DNA of 64,000 bases, from assembly GCA_965603825.1 (NCBI GenBank), contig CBFDEM010000028.1, forward strand, positions 620,001-684,000, read 5' to 3'. Position 1 is the first letter of the stretch, and every line of letters starts with the position of its first letter. Source of the stretch: Blepharisma stoltei ATCC 30299 (taxonomy: Eukaryota > Protista > Ciliophora). The translations under genes and the position numbers were made by a program. Below the pieces are notes generated by a model, which was not told the DNA's origin, ran no database searches, and was given only the letters and a program-made list of their open reading frames with translations. Below are positions 9,775 through 21,433 of the stretch, piece after piece.

Positions 9775-12462
9775 ATGGCTATTAAGAAACGCCTTTTCAA
9801 GATCTTTGAAGAGTCAAGTTTCTGCTTAAGAAATCGATACCTAGCCAAAAACCATATCCTTTCTAAACCCCAAGGCTTACGTTTTGACATCAACTACAAA
9901 ATTCAAAGCGATAGCATCATCAGAATCCCAGGTGGAATTTCACTGACAGCTGGAAGTGTATTTGAAACCGAAGTATTCTTAAAAGGAAACATTATAATGT
10001 ACAAAAACGGCGCCCTTCATACCTATTTAGACGAAATCAATCCTCTATTTCCTCGTTTCCGTCCTTCGCCCAATGATATTTTGAACCAAAGCGTTTTAGA
10101 AAAGCTAGAGGACGAGAACATCCATATAACTGAGGATATGGTCACTTGGGAATTTGACCATATTAAATACAAGCTTACTTTTAATCCGCTTAGACTAGAA
10201 GGGTTCTATAAAGATGAATTGATAATTGCCGCTAATAGTAAATCTTTGATGAATTTTGAAAAATATAGGCCGAAAGGCGATGAGAATAATATTAACGAGG
10301 TGGACGTAAACTTTCCAATAAAAATTATTGACGCAACTCAGCTTATTGAAGAAGGAGAAGGAGGATATAAAAATATTGGAAATATATGATCTGAAGAATA
10401 CTTAGATTATATTGATGAAAAACCAAGAGGTCCTAGCAGTGTAGCTTTAGATTTTGAATTTTTCAATGCAAGCCATGTCTATGGAATTCCAGAGCATGCA
10501 GATTCATTAGCCTTGAATGACACAAAAGAAGGATCTCCTTATAGACTTTTCAATTGTGATAATTTTTCTTATAAATTAGGAGACACCGCAGCTATATATG
10601 GAGCCGTCCCATTTATGGTAAGCCGTTCTCCAGCTTTAAAATCAGCTGGTGTTTTTTGGCTAAACTCCTCAGAAACTTGGATTGATATCGAAACCCTCCC
10701 ACAAAGCAAGCATTCCCATTGGATTTCTGAAGCTGGCGCTCTAGAATTCTTCTTATTTGTCGGAAATTCCCCACTTTCAGTAATAGAAACTTATACCTTG
10801 CTTACAGGGCCAGCCCAACTGCCTCCGTTATCAGTTTTAGGCTACCATCAATGTAGATGGAACTACAATACGCGTGAAGATTTACTAGAAGTTTCCAATG
10901 GCTTTTTGACAAATTCAATACCACTTGACGTAGTTTGGCTCGATATAGAGCATACTGATAAGAAAAAATATTTCACATGGGACGATGAGAAATTCCCTGA
11001 CCCAACTTCTATGCAAGAAATTTTAGCGAAACAAGGCCGAAATCTAGTCACCATAGTAGATCCGCACATAAAAAGAGACCCTGACTATTTTGTGCATCAG
11101 GATTCAGAAAATCACAACTACTATGTAGCAAATAATGAAGGAAACAGCTTTGAAGGAGTCTGCTGGCCAGGAATTTCATCATGACTTGACTTCACTAGGC
11201 CAGAAGTAAGGGAATATTGGTCTTCTAATTTCGATTACTCAAAATACCAAAACTCCACTAATAATTTGTATATATGGAACGACATGAACGAGCCTTCTGT
11301 TTTTAACTCTCCAGAAGGGACCATGCCAAGAGGCAATTTACATGGGAATTATGAGCATAGAGAAGTCCATAATACCTATGGAATGTATATGCAGCAGGCT
11401 TCATATCAAGGACTGTTAAAAAGAAGCCAAAAAAAAGAAAGGCCGTTTGTACTTACTAGGTCTTTTTTTGCGGGGACGCAGAAATATGGAGCTATATGGA
11501 CTGGGGATAATGCTGCGGAATGGAGCTATTTGGAGTACTCTGTGCCTATGCATTTGGCTATTGCGATAGGCGGGATAAGCTTCTGTGGGTCTGATGTAGG
11601 TGGCTTTTTTGGAGACCCTACTCCAGAATTATTGGTGAGATGGTACCAATTAGGAGCTTATTATCCATTTTTTAGAGGGCATGCACATATTGAGTCTGAA
11701 AGAAGAGAACCTTGGCTATTTGGCGAAGAAGCTTTAAGAAAAATAAGGGCTGCTATTAGAGAAAGATATGCTTTATTGCCTTATTGGTATGGACTGTTCT
11801 ATATTTATAGAACCTGTGGAACACCTGTGATTAGACCTATGTTTTTAGAATACCCAGAGATAGAGGAATGTGCTAGTTTAGATCGACAATATTTGGTAGG
11901 GAGCTCATTATTGGTGGCAGGGATTACGAAAGAATTGCAAGAACATGTAGACGTATTTTTGCCTCAGGGCAGGTGGTTTGATTATCATACTTTATTAGAA
12001 ATAAATGCTGGGCAGCAGAGTTTTCAAGTCCAAGAAGACTGAATCCCTGTGCTTATCAAAGGTGGAAGCATAATTCCTAGAAAAAATACCCCAAGAATGA
12101 GCTCAAAAGAAATGCTGGCAGATCCTTATAGCTTTTTAATTGCTATTGACTCAAATGACTCAGCACAAGGATTTTTATATGCTGACGACACTATTTCTCA
12201 CAACTATATGTCTGGCGAATACATTTTGGCTGATATTCAGCTTAATGATTTTAAGCTCAGCTACAATCTTACAAACACAATGGAATTAGAAAATAACATT
12301 GACGAAATTATGATTATTGGGCTTTCAAGAATCCCTAATGAAATGATATTAGACATAAAAGGCCAAAAGAAGCCAATTGATTTTGGTGTTAGGAATAATA
12401 TGATAGTTATCAATATATCTGATATTACTATCAGTCAGAATTGGACTATTGAATTTAAATAA
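9775..12462 (+). CDS. Glycoside hydrolase family 31 neutral alpha-glucosidase (glucosidase II alpha/GANC-like), 895 aa
   Basis: Four track ORFs in one frame joined by TGA at 10387, 11182 and 12040. Catalytic WNDMNEPSVF and WTGDN; also YHQCRWNY, WLDIEH, CWPG, SDVGGF, PFFRGHAH. Confidence 0.93.
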
Positions 12463-12499
12463 TAAACTGATCCCTGAGAATTATTTGTAAAATAATTTT

Positions 12500-13516
12500 T
12501 TATTGATTTTCTTCTTTCTTGTTTTCTTCCTCCTTTTTCTTCTCCTCATCTTTGCCTTGGAGAGACTTGAGAGCTTCTTGGATTGCTGGATCTTGCATAT
12601 CAACTCCAGGGAGAGATGACAAAATGTCACTTACGAACTCTTGGTTTCTAAACGCTGAGACATCAGGATCCTCTTGTTTAGGAGGTTCTTGTTTGGCTTC
12701 TTCTTTGGGTGGCTCTTGCTCGATATCCATCATTGAGAGCTTAATGGCTTCTTGTAAAAGCCTTTCTTCTTCGTCTTCTTCTTGCATTTCTGAAATTCCT
12801 TCCATTGGCTGATTTTGGCCTCCTTCTCTGTTTTGGTCGTCTTGTCTTTTCTTATGCTCTTCAAGACTTAGCCTAATCGCAGCTGCATATTCTGGATCTG
12901 CGTTTGGATCAATCCCTCCATACTCGCTAAAATTGGCTGGCTGTCCCGACCCTCCGTGCATAATTGGGGTATTTGCTAAGTTTTCTGACAAAATTCCAAT
13001 GCCAGAAGGAATGGACACCAGATGGGAGTTGTCGCCTGAGTTCACATTTTTATGGAGTTCTTGGAGTTTTTCAATATTATCTAAATTCCCGAAGACTACT
13101 AAATCAAGTGAAATATTGTTCTTTTTAAGGTTCCTGCCAAGGGTCACTAGCTTTTCTGTTTCCACCTCCACAGGGCTGCACACGAATCCGATCACTCGTT
13201 GCCTTTGCTCTTTATTTGATCTGTGCTTAAGGGCTAATTGAGCTGTCTGAAGGGCTGAGTAAAGGTCGGATTTGCCTTTAATACTGGTTGAGTGCATTGC
13301 GGCGAAAATCTTGGCTATGTCGTTCGTAGGAGCTACGAGAACATCGACTCTTGGACCTGCCATTGCTACGACTCCTACTGAGTTGCCGGGATTTTGAGTT
13401 TTGTTCCCTGCAATGATACTTGCAGCTTCTTGTTGGGCTTCCCACCTGTTAGGACTGTAATCACCATTGCGAGCCCATTCAGAGTTGTCAAGGCATATTA
13501 CTGTAGCTTCTACCAT
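12500..13516 (-). CDS. RPN10: 26S proteasome ubiquitin receptor RPN10/PSMD4 (338 aa)
   Basis: True start MVEATVICLDNSEW.RNGDY.P.R at 13516. vWA domain, LALKHR, UIMs (DPEYAAAIRLSLEE, EERLLQEAIKLSM), C-terminal LPGVD. Confidence 0.95.
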   Translation of the reverse strand: MVEATVICLDNSEWARNGDYSPNRWEAQQEAASIIAGNKTQNPGNSVGVVAMAGPRVDVLVAPTNDIAKIFAAMHSTSIKGKSDLYSALQTAQLALKHRSNKEQRQRVIGFVCSPVEVETEKLVTLGRNLKKNNISLDLVVFGNLDNIEKLQELHKNVNSGDNSHLVSIPSGIGILSENLANTPIMHGGSGQPANFSEYGGIDPNADPEYAAAIRLSLEEHKKRQDDQNREGGQNQPMEGISEMQEEDEEERLLQEAIKLSMMDIEQEPPKEEAKQEPPKQEDPDVSAFRNQEFVSDILSSLPGVDMQDPAIQEALKSLQGKDEEKKKEEENKKEENQ

Positions 13517-14403
13517 TTTATTCTTATTTGAGATTTGAGTTTTGTATATGAAATAAGCAAGAAATAGCAGAGAAGCGAAAAGATAAGATATCAATAGAAA
13601 AGGAAATCTCGGATTAAAAGCCGCTGTTTTGGATTTTGAGGGGTTTTATAATCTTCTCTATTATTGTTCTTAATCTATAAATTTTAAGATTTGAGATTTG
13701 CTATGAATCATCATCCAGAGTATGATTTAGAAACTTTTGAATGCTCTCCTTTAATAGTAAGCCTAGCTTTTGAATTTTAATTGCAAAATAAATATCTAAT
13801 ACATTATCCATTATAAAGAAAAAACTATAAAAATACATTTCATATAAGAAATCTTTAAGTTTTAAGCCAAAACTTCAATATAATAAATTTATTATCACTA
13901 ATAGGAGGAGTAATAAAAATCTCAAAACTAATATACAATATATACATAACAGAAATCTTATAATTATCAATGGGAATATAAAAGTCTGCATCTTTGCGGT
14001 ACTTCTTGTTCAGCTGCATAAAGTTCATCGTTTTGTTTTAGCAAAATTGATTTCATCTCAAAAAAAACCTATTTACAAGCCTAAATTCTGAAAAAGATGG
14101 AATAAATCTATTAACTTTCTAAGAATCAAAGCTGCTTGCTCACTATATTACTGCTACTAATATGCTTGAATCGCCCCTTTTCCAATTAAAATATATAAAT
14201 TCTGCTAAATCATCTTCTTATTCTTTTATTATAAATTTTTTCGTATATTAAATCATTCTATAATCCTATATTCATATCTCGAAAAAAAGACTAAAATTAG
14301 CAATAAATATTCTCAATTTAATTCAATTTAAATCAAAATTTTTTGGTTTTATCATTTTTTTGTACAAATTTTGGGGTAAACTGATTGGAGGTAATAAATG
14401 AAA

Positions 14404-14640
14404 ATGTCAACAAGGGAAATCGAGAAATTCCAGGATGACTTCAAATTTTTGTTCAATTTTGAACAAGCCGAGAGCATTCTTGCATCTTTCCAGTCTTTGG
14501 AAAAGTAATTTCTATTTAGGGACTATAAGTCATTCCAAAGCGGATTGGACTATTCTAGCACATTGGTCGGGCATGTCCCAAATGAAGAGTTGGATCATAT
14601 TTGGAACGTCTATTTACCTAAAGAGCGTGTCTTTAGTTAA
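14404..14640 (+). CDS. Small hypothetical protein (73 aa; alternative ATG at 14398), one 15-nt intron; absent from the ORF track
   Basis: MSTREIEKFQDDFKFLFNFEQAESILASFQSLEK|DYKSFQSGLDYSSTLVGHVPNEELDHIWNVYLPKERVFS*. A GC-richer island with a canonical intron at 14505-14519. Confidence 0.65.
14505..14519 (+). other. 15-nt intron
   Basis: GTAATTTCTATTTAG, phase 2; in-frame TAA if retained. Confidence 0.7.
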
Positions 14641-14985
14641 GCCGAAATTGTCTTTAAATAATTGATTCTTATAAATAATCGAGCCTTATAATAGCCTGCC
14701 TTTTCGAAATTTCGATTAAATTCCCTAGCTGAGTCTTATTAGCTAAAAATTGAAATTTTATAGAAACTTATTGATTAAATAAGCAGAAAACCTTTAAGTG
14801 ACTATTGCTACTTATTATGAAACCAGCAAATAATTATTCCTGTATAGTTAAACTCACCATTTATATTGTTGTGTTCCTTATTTGCATCTTTGGAAGCCAT
14901 AAAATTATTTCCTATTTAAAGAGTCTTTAAAATTTAAAATTTAAAAATTTCTAGCTTTTATGAGACTATATTAATTATTATGAAA

Positions 14986-16581
14986 TTAATTGTTTAATAA
15001 AGCATAAAGGCTTTTTCTCAGCTCATTTGTGTTAGCTTTCACAATAATTCGCTTTCCTTTGAAAATTATTTCTCCGTCCGGAGCATATAACACACATTTG
15101 GTTTGGTAAAACTTCACGCTGGACTCCAGTCCTCTATTATAAAGCTTTTCTCTTATCAGCCGAATTCTATCTTGCAAACTAGCTACATATTTGTAATTTT
15201 TTAAATCCAGTGTTCCAACCACTGGGCAAACTTCTCCTGGACAATTTGCATGTATTTTAAATAAAGTAGGACTTGCGTTCACCGTGCAGACTTGTGCATC
15301 TTCATAATATTTAAGCTTTCTAATATTAAGAAGCCCTTCAAAGCTTTTCGGAATCAAAATAGTATCCGCTTTCGTGTTTTCCAAGCATGTTTCAATTTCC
15401 CCTAAAACCAGCCCAACATTTAAATAACAGCTTTTTATATCAAAATTTTGCAAAATTCCTGCATTTTGAAAAGGGGGAAGAGCAGAATCTCTATACTGCC
15501 CATCTACAAGCACCATTACATTGTTAAACCCTTTTCTCGAAAGATGAGAAATAACGTAATCTGCTTCTCCAAGTCTTAAGCTTGAATGAGAAAGTAATAA
15601 AATGCATCGGGATTTCAGCTTGGCCCCAAACCCGTCTTTTAAGTTGTGAAATACTGCTAAATGGCCTTTTTCTTTGGCAGCTTCAAACATAAAGCAATTT
15701 TGAGGAATATAAGCCTTCATCCTTAAATCATGGCTTAACCACTCAGTGCATCCAGATGCATATGAGAAAAAGGCGTTAGCTGAAGGCGCCATACAGAGTG
15801 TAGGAATATCAAATAGTGTCCCTGCTGAAAGCACGTGGGATTCCAAGTCTAAAAGCTGCCAAGACTCTATAGGTACCACAATAGAGCTTTGAAAAGCCAA
15901 AGATCTACAAGTCTCTATAAAAGTGTTGTATAAGGCTTTAGCTGAAAATGGCTCTGTAGAAGGCGTGTTCTGTGGGGTGAAAATAATGATGTTTGAGTTG
16001 AAAATGCTTTGGTTAAACGCTGCTGGGTATCGAGAAGCGTCTAAACAGGACTGACTGATAATTCCAATAGTGAGATTTCCTAATTCCAATATCCAGTTGG
16101 CTCCACCTAAGCTATGTCCTGAGCTTACTGCTGCAATTTTAAGCTCTCTAAGCTGATATATTTGGTTGTAACTTAGCGGGATCACCTTTTTCCATATCCC
16201 TTTTATGTCTTCAGAGCTGTATAAGTTGCTTGTTCCAGCCATTGTCCTCATATATTCTTCGTCGAATTCTAATAATTCTTGACATATACTGGCCCCAAGT
16301 GTTGACACAGGCTCAGTCATAAGGATTTTCCCGTTAAATTTGGTGTTTAGGTAGGGAAGAGCGTGGATTGTAGTTATGTTAGATATTAAGACAAGGTCAA
16401 TTAAGCTGATATCTAGGTCTGATATTCAAGCATGCTCATAAACAATAGGCTCATGATGAGAATCAATTGAAATTGGGGTGCTTTTTAATAGAGAAGACAT
16501 ACTTATTGGGCATTCTACTAAGATTGAAGTGTCAGAAATCTTTAAAAGAAGAGCTTTATCTTGAATTGATCTTATTTCCAT
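14986..16581 (-). CDS. INTS9: Integrator complex subunit 9-like (inactive MBL/beta-CASP family), 531 aa
   Basis: Extends upstream through TGA 16426-16428 to ATG 16581. Sequence LLKISDTSILVECP...IDLVLISN...ALPYL..KFNGKILMTEP, LYS.EDI, SSGHSLGGANW, SHSSLRLG matches INTS9 motifs. Confidence 0.82.
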
Positions 16582-16878
16582 TTATAAAATTTCAAGACTT
16601 ATTGGGCTTAATTTGGACTAATTACGGACTTTTCTTAAGAAATTTTGGAGATAAAATGATGCTATTTATAATATCAGAAGAGTGTAAGGCATTATATAAA
16701 TTAAAACGCTTATAAAAATAAAAATTGTTAGCAGCCGACAAAATCAAAAAAATCGCCTGATGACGAAAACCTTAATTTGTGGTGAAATATACCTGAGCTT
16801 CAAGATTTCAACAGAGGAGACAGACTAGAATTAAATTTTATGAGAAAAGTTATCTAGAAAGGTTGATTAGTTAAGCCT

Positions 16879-17058
16879 TTACTCCTTTACTGGATGCTTT
16901 ATGTTTGGATCATGAAGTTGAGCAAAACGTCTGTTCTTTCTGTACTTCAAATCGCAACCACGGAGAGACTCATGAAGCTGCTTCTTTGGTCTCTTGATGC
17001 CATTTCTATGGTTCTTGTGTCCTTGATTGTGGCTTGAGTGTACCTTTTCCTTAGACAT
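16879..17058 (-). CDS. RPL29: 60S ribosomal protein L29 (eL29), 59 aa; absent from the ORF track
   Basis: MSKEKVHSSHNQGHKNHRNGIKRPKKQLHESLRGCDLKYRKNRRFAQLHDPNIKHPVKE*; HNQ..K.HRNGIK.P signature. Confidence 0.93.
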   Translation of the reverse strand: MSKEKVHSSHNQGHKNHRNGIKRPKKQLHESLRGCDLKYRKNRRFAQLHDPNIKHPVKE

Positions 17059-17439
17059 TTATTTTATATTGTAAAATTTTACATGAGATTAACTATTTTA
17101 GCAAGTTAAAATAACCACTATCCTTGTGTTATTATAAATTATGTAATTCATATTTCTTTTCAAAAAATGAAGAGTCTAGCTTTATTTGTGAGATATAATA
17201 AATATTTGATTGGATAAAGAAATTAGGCTCAATGCATCTATTGCAGCCATTCAGATTTTTTATTTATATGTAATGGAATATCTTATTATTGAATCAAATA
17301 CCATGATAAAAAGTGATGACGATTAAGATTATTTAGCCTTAGGGTTCTAGGATTTATATTTTGTGCCATTTAAAATTCATTTTTTAAGCCATAGAATCCA
17401 TATTTACCGTCGAGCCGATAGACCAATCTCATAATATTT

Positions 17440-18240
17440 ATGTGCAAACTTAACTTAAATTGTCAAGTACAAGACTCAACATGTACATGCGCATCGCAAA
17501 TTCATTCAAAGGGATTCAGGCCATGCCAAAATTATCTTGATACCTACGGGATTCTGCCTAAGCCAATCTTCCCAGAAGAGCAATCTCAAAGCCCAATTTT
17601 TCAACTAATTGCACAACAAATGAAAGCAATAAAGATTCTTACAGAAAGAAGCGCACAAACAACAGAAAAACTGATTCAGTTAACCCAAATCGTTGACAGA
17701 CTCGCAAATAACCAACAAACCCCTGAAGCTGTCTCTCCATGCTTGCATTCGTCAGAAAGTGTAACAACGTCAGAAGATTTACTGACTGCCATATGCGGTC
17801 CACACCAAGATTTTGACTTTTTCATTCAACTAGTGAATGAAATTCCTAACCCAGCATACAAAGAGCGTGCTTTTCAAGTTGTGGCACAGATAGTAGATGC
17901 CGAGGGGAACAAAGTGACATTGCCAAATATGGTGTCATTTAACATTATGCTATTCACAACAGAAAGTCCGACAAAATCACTGAAAGTTAACACTTCTGGG
18001 GACAAGATCATGAGAGGGACAACGGAGGTTGAGGCAACTTCTGAATTAGTCTTCAGAAAAGTTGTAATTAAAGAAGTGACTTCTCACTTCAGAAATGGCT
18101 GCATTTTCATGGCGATTTGCCCGAAGCAGAACTCGAGGATCAAACCATTAATCATTAACAACGTTGTTGTTAAAGCTAGGAAGCTCTGCCCAAACGCTGG
18201 AGCAGTTAAAAAACTCAAAACTGAAGAAGATAACATATAG
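17440..18240 (+). CDS. Hypothetical protein (266 aa): Cys-rich N-terminus, short coiled coil, C-terminal beta-sandwich (possibly CBP60/CudA-like DNA-binding domain), basic NLS-like tail
   Basis: Uninterrupted ATG-TAG ORF. The domain assignment is inferred from motif spacing only. Confidence 0.6.
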   Translation: MCKLNLNCQVQDSTCTCASQIHSKGFRPCQNYLDTYGILPKPIFPEEQSQSPIFQLIAQQMKAIKILTERSAQTTEKLIQLTQIVDRLANNQQTPEAVSPCLHSSESVTTSEDLLTAICGPHQDFDFFIQLVNEIPNPAYKERAFQVVAQIVDAEGNKVTLPNMVSFNIMLFTTESPTKSLKVNTSGDKIMRGTTEVEATSELVFRKVVIKEVTSHFRNGCIFMAICPKQNSRIKPLIINNVVVKARKLCPNAGAVKKLKTEEDNI

Positions 18241-18258
18241 AATATAGTAATTTATCAT

Positions 18259-20301
18259 TTAATCTGATATTAAGACGCTTGAATGCATAAATCTTGGATT
18301 CTGTAAAGGCAAAAGCTCAGTCCACTTATCTTCTACAACAGAATATCTTTCGACAACAGCAAGAGCTGATCCGTTAAATCCTCCGATTGCATATATAAAT
18401 TGGCAGTCTGGAGAAACAACTGCACTTAGTGTGCATCTAGCGTGCTTCATGGATGCTAGATTTATCCATTTTCCCATCCTTATATCGAATTTCTCCAATG
18501 TTTTCAAATATTTTCCTCCATCATATCCTCCAATAGCATAGATCCCATCAGGAAGTGTAACCGCTGACAGCGCTCTTCGAGGAACCTGCATTGATGGGAT
18601 TTCTTCTCATGAATTTGTCTCCATGCTAAACCTTTCTGAGGAATTCAAGCACATCATTTCTCCACCTCCATAGCCTCCAATTGAATAAATCTGTAAATCG
18701 GGCCCAACAGTCCCAGCAGTCTCATCACGCCTTTGTTTCATAGGGGGCAATGAGCTCCATCCTCTGTCATTAAAGCATTCAAAAACGCGTAAAGGAACTC
18801 CGTCACTGCCTCCTAACACGTATATGTCATCTAACTAAAAATTACTTGAAATTGACATAGCGGCGAACCCACTTCTAGGGGAGGTTAGCGTTATGTCACT
18901 TAAAAGTCATTCATTTGTGTGGATATTATATTCCTCACTAGAAGAAATTCGCTTTCCTGCATGTTTTCCACCTATCATAAGTATCGAATTATTCAAGGAA
19001 ATTGCCCCAAATTGAGTTCTAGACGTTAAAGAGTCTGCTAAAAAATCTGAGGAATTAGTTGTGCAGTTATAGCATTCTAAGCTGACTAATCCTTTATCAG
19101 AAAACCCTCCAAGAGTATATATATTGGCTTGTGGGGCTTTATAAAGGGAAGCTAAGTCGAAAGATTTCATTGAAAACGCGAATTCGTCTGGCGGCTTGTG
19201 GAAGCCTGAAAAGTCGTCATTTCACTCAAATAAGCCGTCATCATGAGGAGTTTGCCCTGCTGAGCTTTCTTTAGGCCTTCCTATCTGTTTCGGCTTCTTC
19301 TGGGTTGGTTTTACAGTTGCAGGTCTTTGCTTTACTTCTTTTTTCCCACCCTTTTTCTCAATTTCTACTACAGGCTTCGCATTTCCTCTTAAATCTTTCG
19401 AAAAAGCTGCATTTGCAAGGGCAAGCGGCACTTTTTCTTCATTTTTTTTCGGCTGGATTTTTGATTTCGGGGCATATGCAAAGACTTGCTTTATGAGTTT
19501 CCAAAAGAAATTGGCTTCAATTTCACGTGAAAACTGAGAAAACGCGTCACTTTTACTAAAAGCTTGCAGCTTAGAGCAAGCTTGTTTGGCTACGGCTTCT
19601 CTTGATTTAAATCTTGAAATTAATTCAAGGTCATTTTCTGATTCAGCTCTTTCTAATTCACTTTTAAAGCTTTGGATTAAGCAGGCTTGTTTTTTGTTTT
19701 GTTTATGTCTTTCGTCAATAATAGCTAAATCTTCATCAAGCGTCGTCTTCATTCTTGCTACCATTTCGTTTTCTCTTGCTAACAAGGCTTCTCTTATAGC
19801 TTCATAAAATCCTGAAAATTCTTTTAAAACTTTTTCATAATTTTCATACGAAATTTTTGTGAGATTTTCCAGTTCCTGTTCTTCTTTTATTAGTCCTTGC
19901 TCATTTTGTAGCGCAGAAAGGGCAAGATTTGATAAGATTTCTCGCTGCTTGCCTGCAGCTTTAGAAATTGAAGAAATGTCGTGTGATTTGTGACCGCTGT
20001 CTAAAATACAGCTGACGCATAATACTTTGTGATCATTGTTACAGTAACCTTCTAAACTTTTCCCATGAATTTCGCATAAATCTTGTGCTGGTTTTTGTCT
20101 GAGTTGAATTAATGCGATATTTGCTGGGAAACTATTAACACTTGTAGCGGGATTTTTAGTGTTGCATTGAGGGCAGATTACTGAGTTTGAGACTAATAGG
20201 GTGGAGACACAAGAATGGCATAGAGTGTGGCCGCAGGTTGTTAAAATGCGTGGAAGACGGTGGGGTTCTTCAAATTCTAGCTGGCATTCATAGCATTCCA
20301 T
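18259..20301 (-). CDS. RING + B-box + coiled-coil + Kelch-repeat protein (TRIM-like E3 ligase), 675 aa, one 15-nt intron
   Basis: Four track ORFs in one frame joined by TGA (Kelch-repeat Trp positions at 18907 and 18607) and intron 18831-18845. RING CYEC..CGHTLCHSC..CPQC; B-box CEIH..C..CVSC..H..H; six GG-containing Kelch repeats. Confidence 0.88.
18831..18845 (-). other. 15-nt intron
   Basis: Minus strand GTAATTTTTAGTTAG, phase 1; removal gives the Kelch motif NDIYVLGG. Confidence 0.85.
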
Positions 20302-20693
20302 CTTATATTATTTATATTGGAGGAGTTTTCAGATTAAATTTAGAATCGGGATTAGGTTGATTTGAAAATAGTAGAAATTAAAGCAGGTAGGAGAGGGATT
20401 GATAGGTGATTTTAAAATATTTTAAGGCGATAGATATTTTTGAATATGACATTTTTGAAAATAATGAAGAAAAATTGAGATTAGACTAGTAATAATTAAA
20501 TGCATGAATTTTATATAGCTTAATTCGAGAGATAAAATAATCTAAATGCTGCCAAGCTATCACCTTTTTTCTTTAAAAATTTTCTATTATAATTCTTTTA
20601 CAAAGGCTAAATTCTTTTAATTTCGCTTCCTTATTAAATTATTTCTACCTTCTCTCAAATAGTTCTCTAGTCTAAATAATTCTCAAGTCTAAA

Positions 20694-21389
20694 ATGGTAA
20701 CCAAACTGCAAACTAGATTTCATTCTCCTTTACACATGAAGCCAGATGACACCAATCTCCACCCATCTCGAATAGGAAAAGATTCCTACCACTGAAGTTT
20801 TGGAAAAGCTCGCAGATTTCACGAGCGGAAGTTAACGATTGACCCAGATTTTATAACTCCTCCTACATCTCTTGCAAAACGAGCCACCTCATTTGGATTA
20901 GGACGCAGATGAGAGCCAAAGAATGACAAAGGGAAAGACTCGCCTCCTCCAACAACCTATAACCCTCCTGGTTTATTTACAAATAATTCAAAAACCTTGA
21001 ACTTCGGCATTGGGTCTACTGCAGAAAGAATTCCTATGAGGATGCAGCTAACTCCAGGGCCAGGGTCATATAACCCGTCCTCTCCTCTAGGTGAGGGCTC
21101 TCCTAAGTTCTCATTTAGACCAAGAATCCAGCTCAAAGCCAAGATTGCGTCGCCATGTCCTAGTCTTTATAGCCCAAATTTTAAACTTATAGAAAAATCA
21201 AATTATTCAAAAATTGGGTTTGGATATGGACAAAGACTGAAAATTGGCTCACGAGATTCAAGCCCAGGCCCAGGCTCCTATGATGTGCTTTCAGGGTTTT
21301 CAACCACTCAATCTAGATTTGTCACACCAATTAGAAACCATACCCCAATTCATCAGCATAAAAGGTTGTTATCTGCATTGGACCATTAA
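20694..21389 (+). CDS. SHIPPO/ODF3-like PGPGxY-repeat (ciliary/cortical microtubule-associated) protein, 231 aa
   Basis: ATG 20694, two TGA(Trp); repeats SPPPTTY, TPGPGSY, SPCPSLY, SPGPGSY interspersed with SFG/GFG motifs. Confidence 0.8.
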
Positions 21390-21433
21390 CAAATTTTACT
21401 TTTCTTATTAATTTTTCACTGGCAAAATAAAAA

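Noticed and set aside
10387-12042. Selenocysteine or programmed readthrough explanation for in-frame TGAs
   Set aside because: TGAs occur in many unrelated genes at Trp rather than Cys positions; genome-wide reassignment is simpler.
13517-13594. Hydrophobic N-terminal extension on RPN10
   Set aside because: Begins at TTG; the canonical RPN10 start is the ATG at 13516.
13960-14260. Weakly coding-like minus-strand stretch
   Set aside because: Only short frames with stops; no consistent gene model or recognisable homology.
16757-16798. TGATGA...CTGA resembling a C/D snoRNA
   Set aside because: Only about 39 nt from box C to box D, and no convincing stem or guide.
17312-17345. GTGATGA box-C-like motif followed by TATTTAGCCTTAG, complementary to a conserved LSU rRNA segment as I recall it
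   Set aside because: No canonical D/D' box at the expected position, and a 13-nt AT-rich match is expected by chance. snoscan or small-RNA data would settle it.
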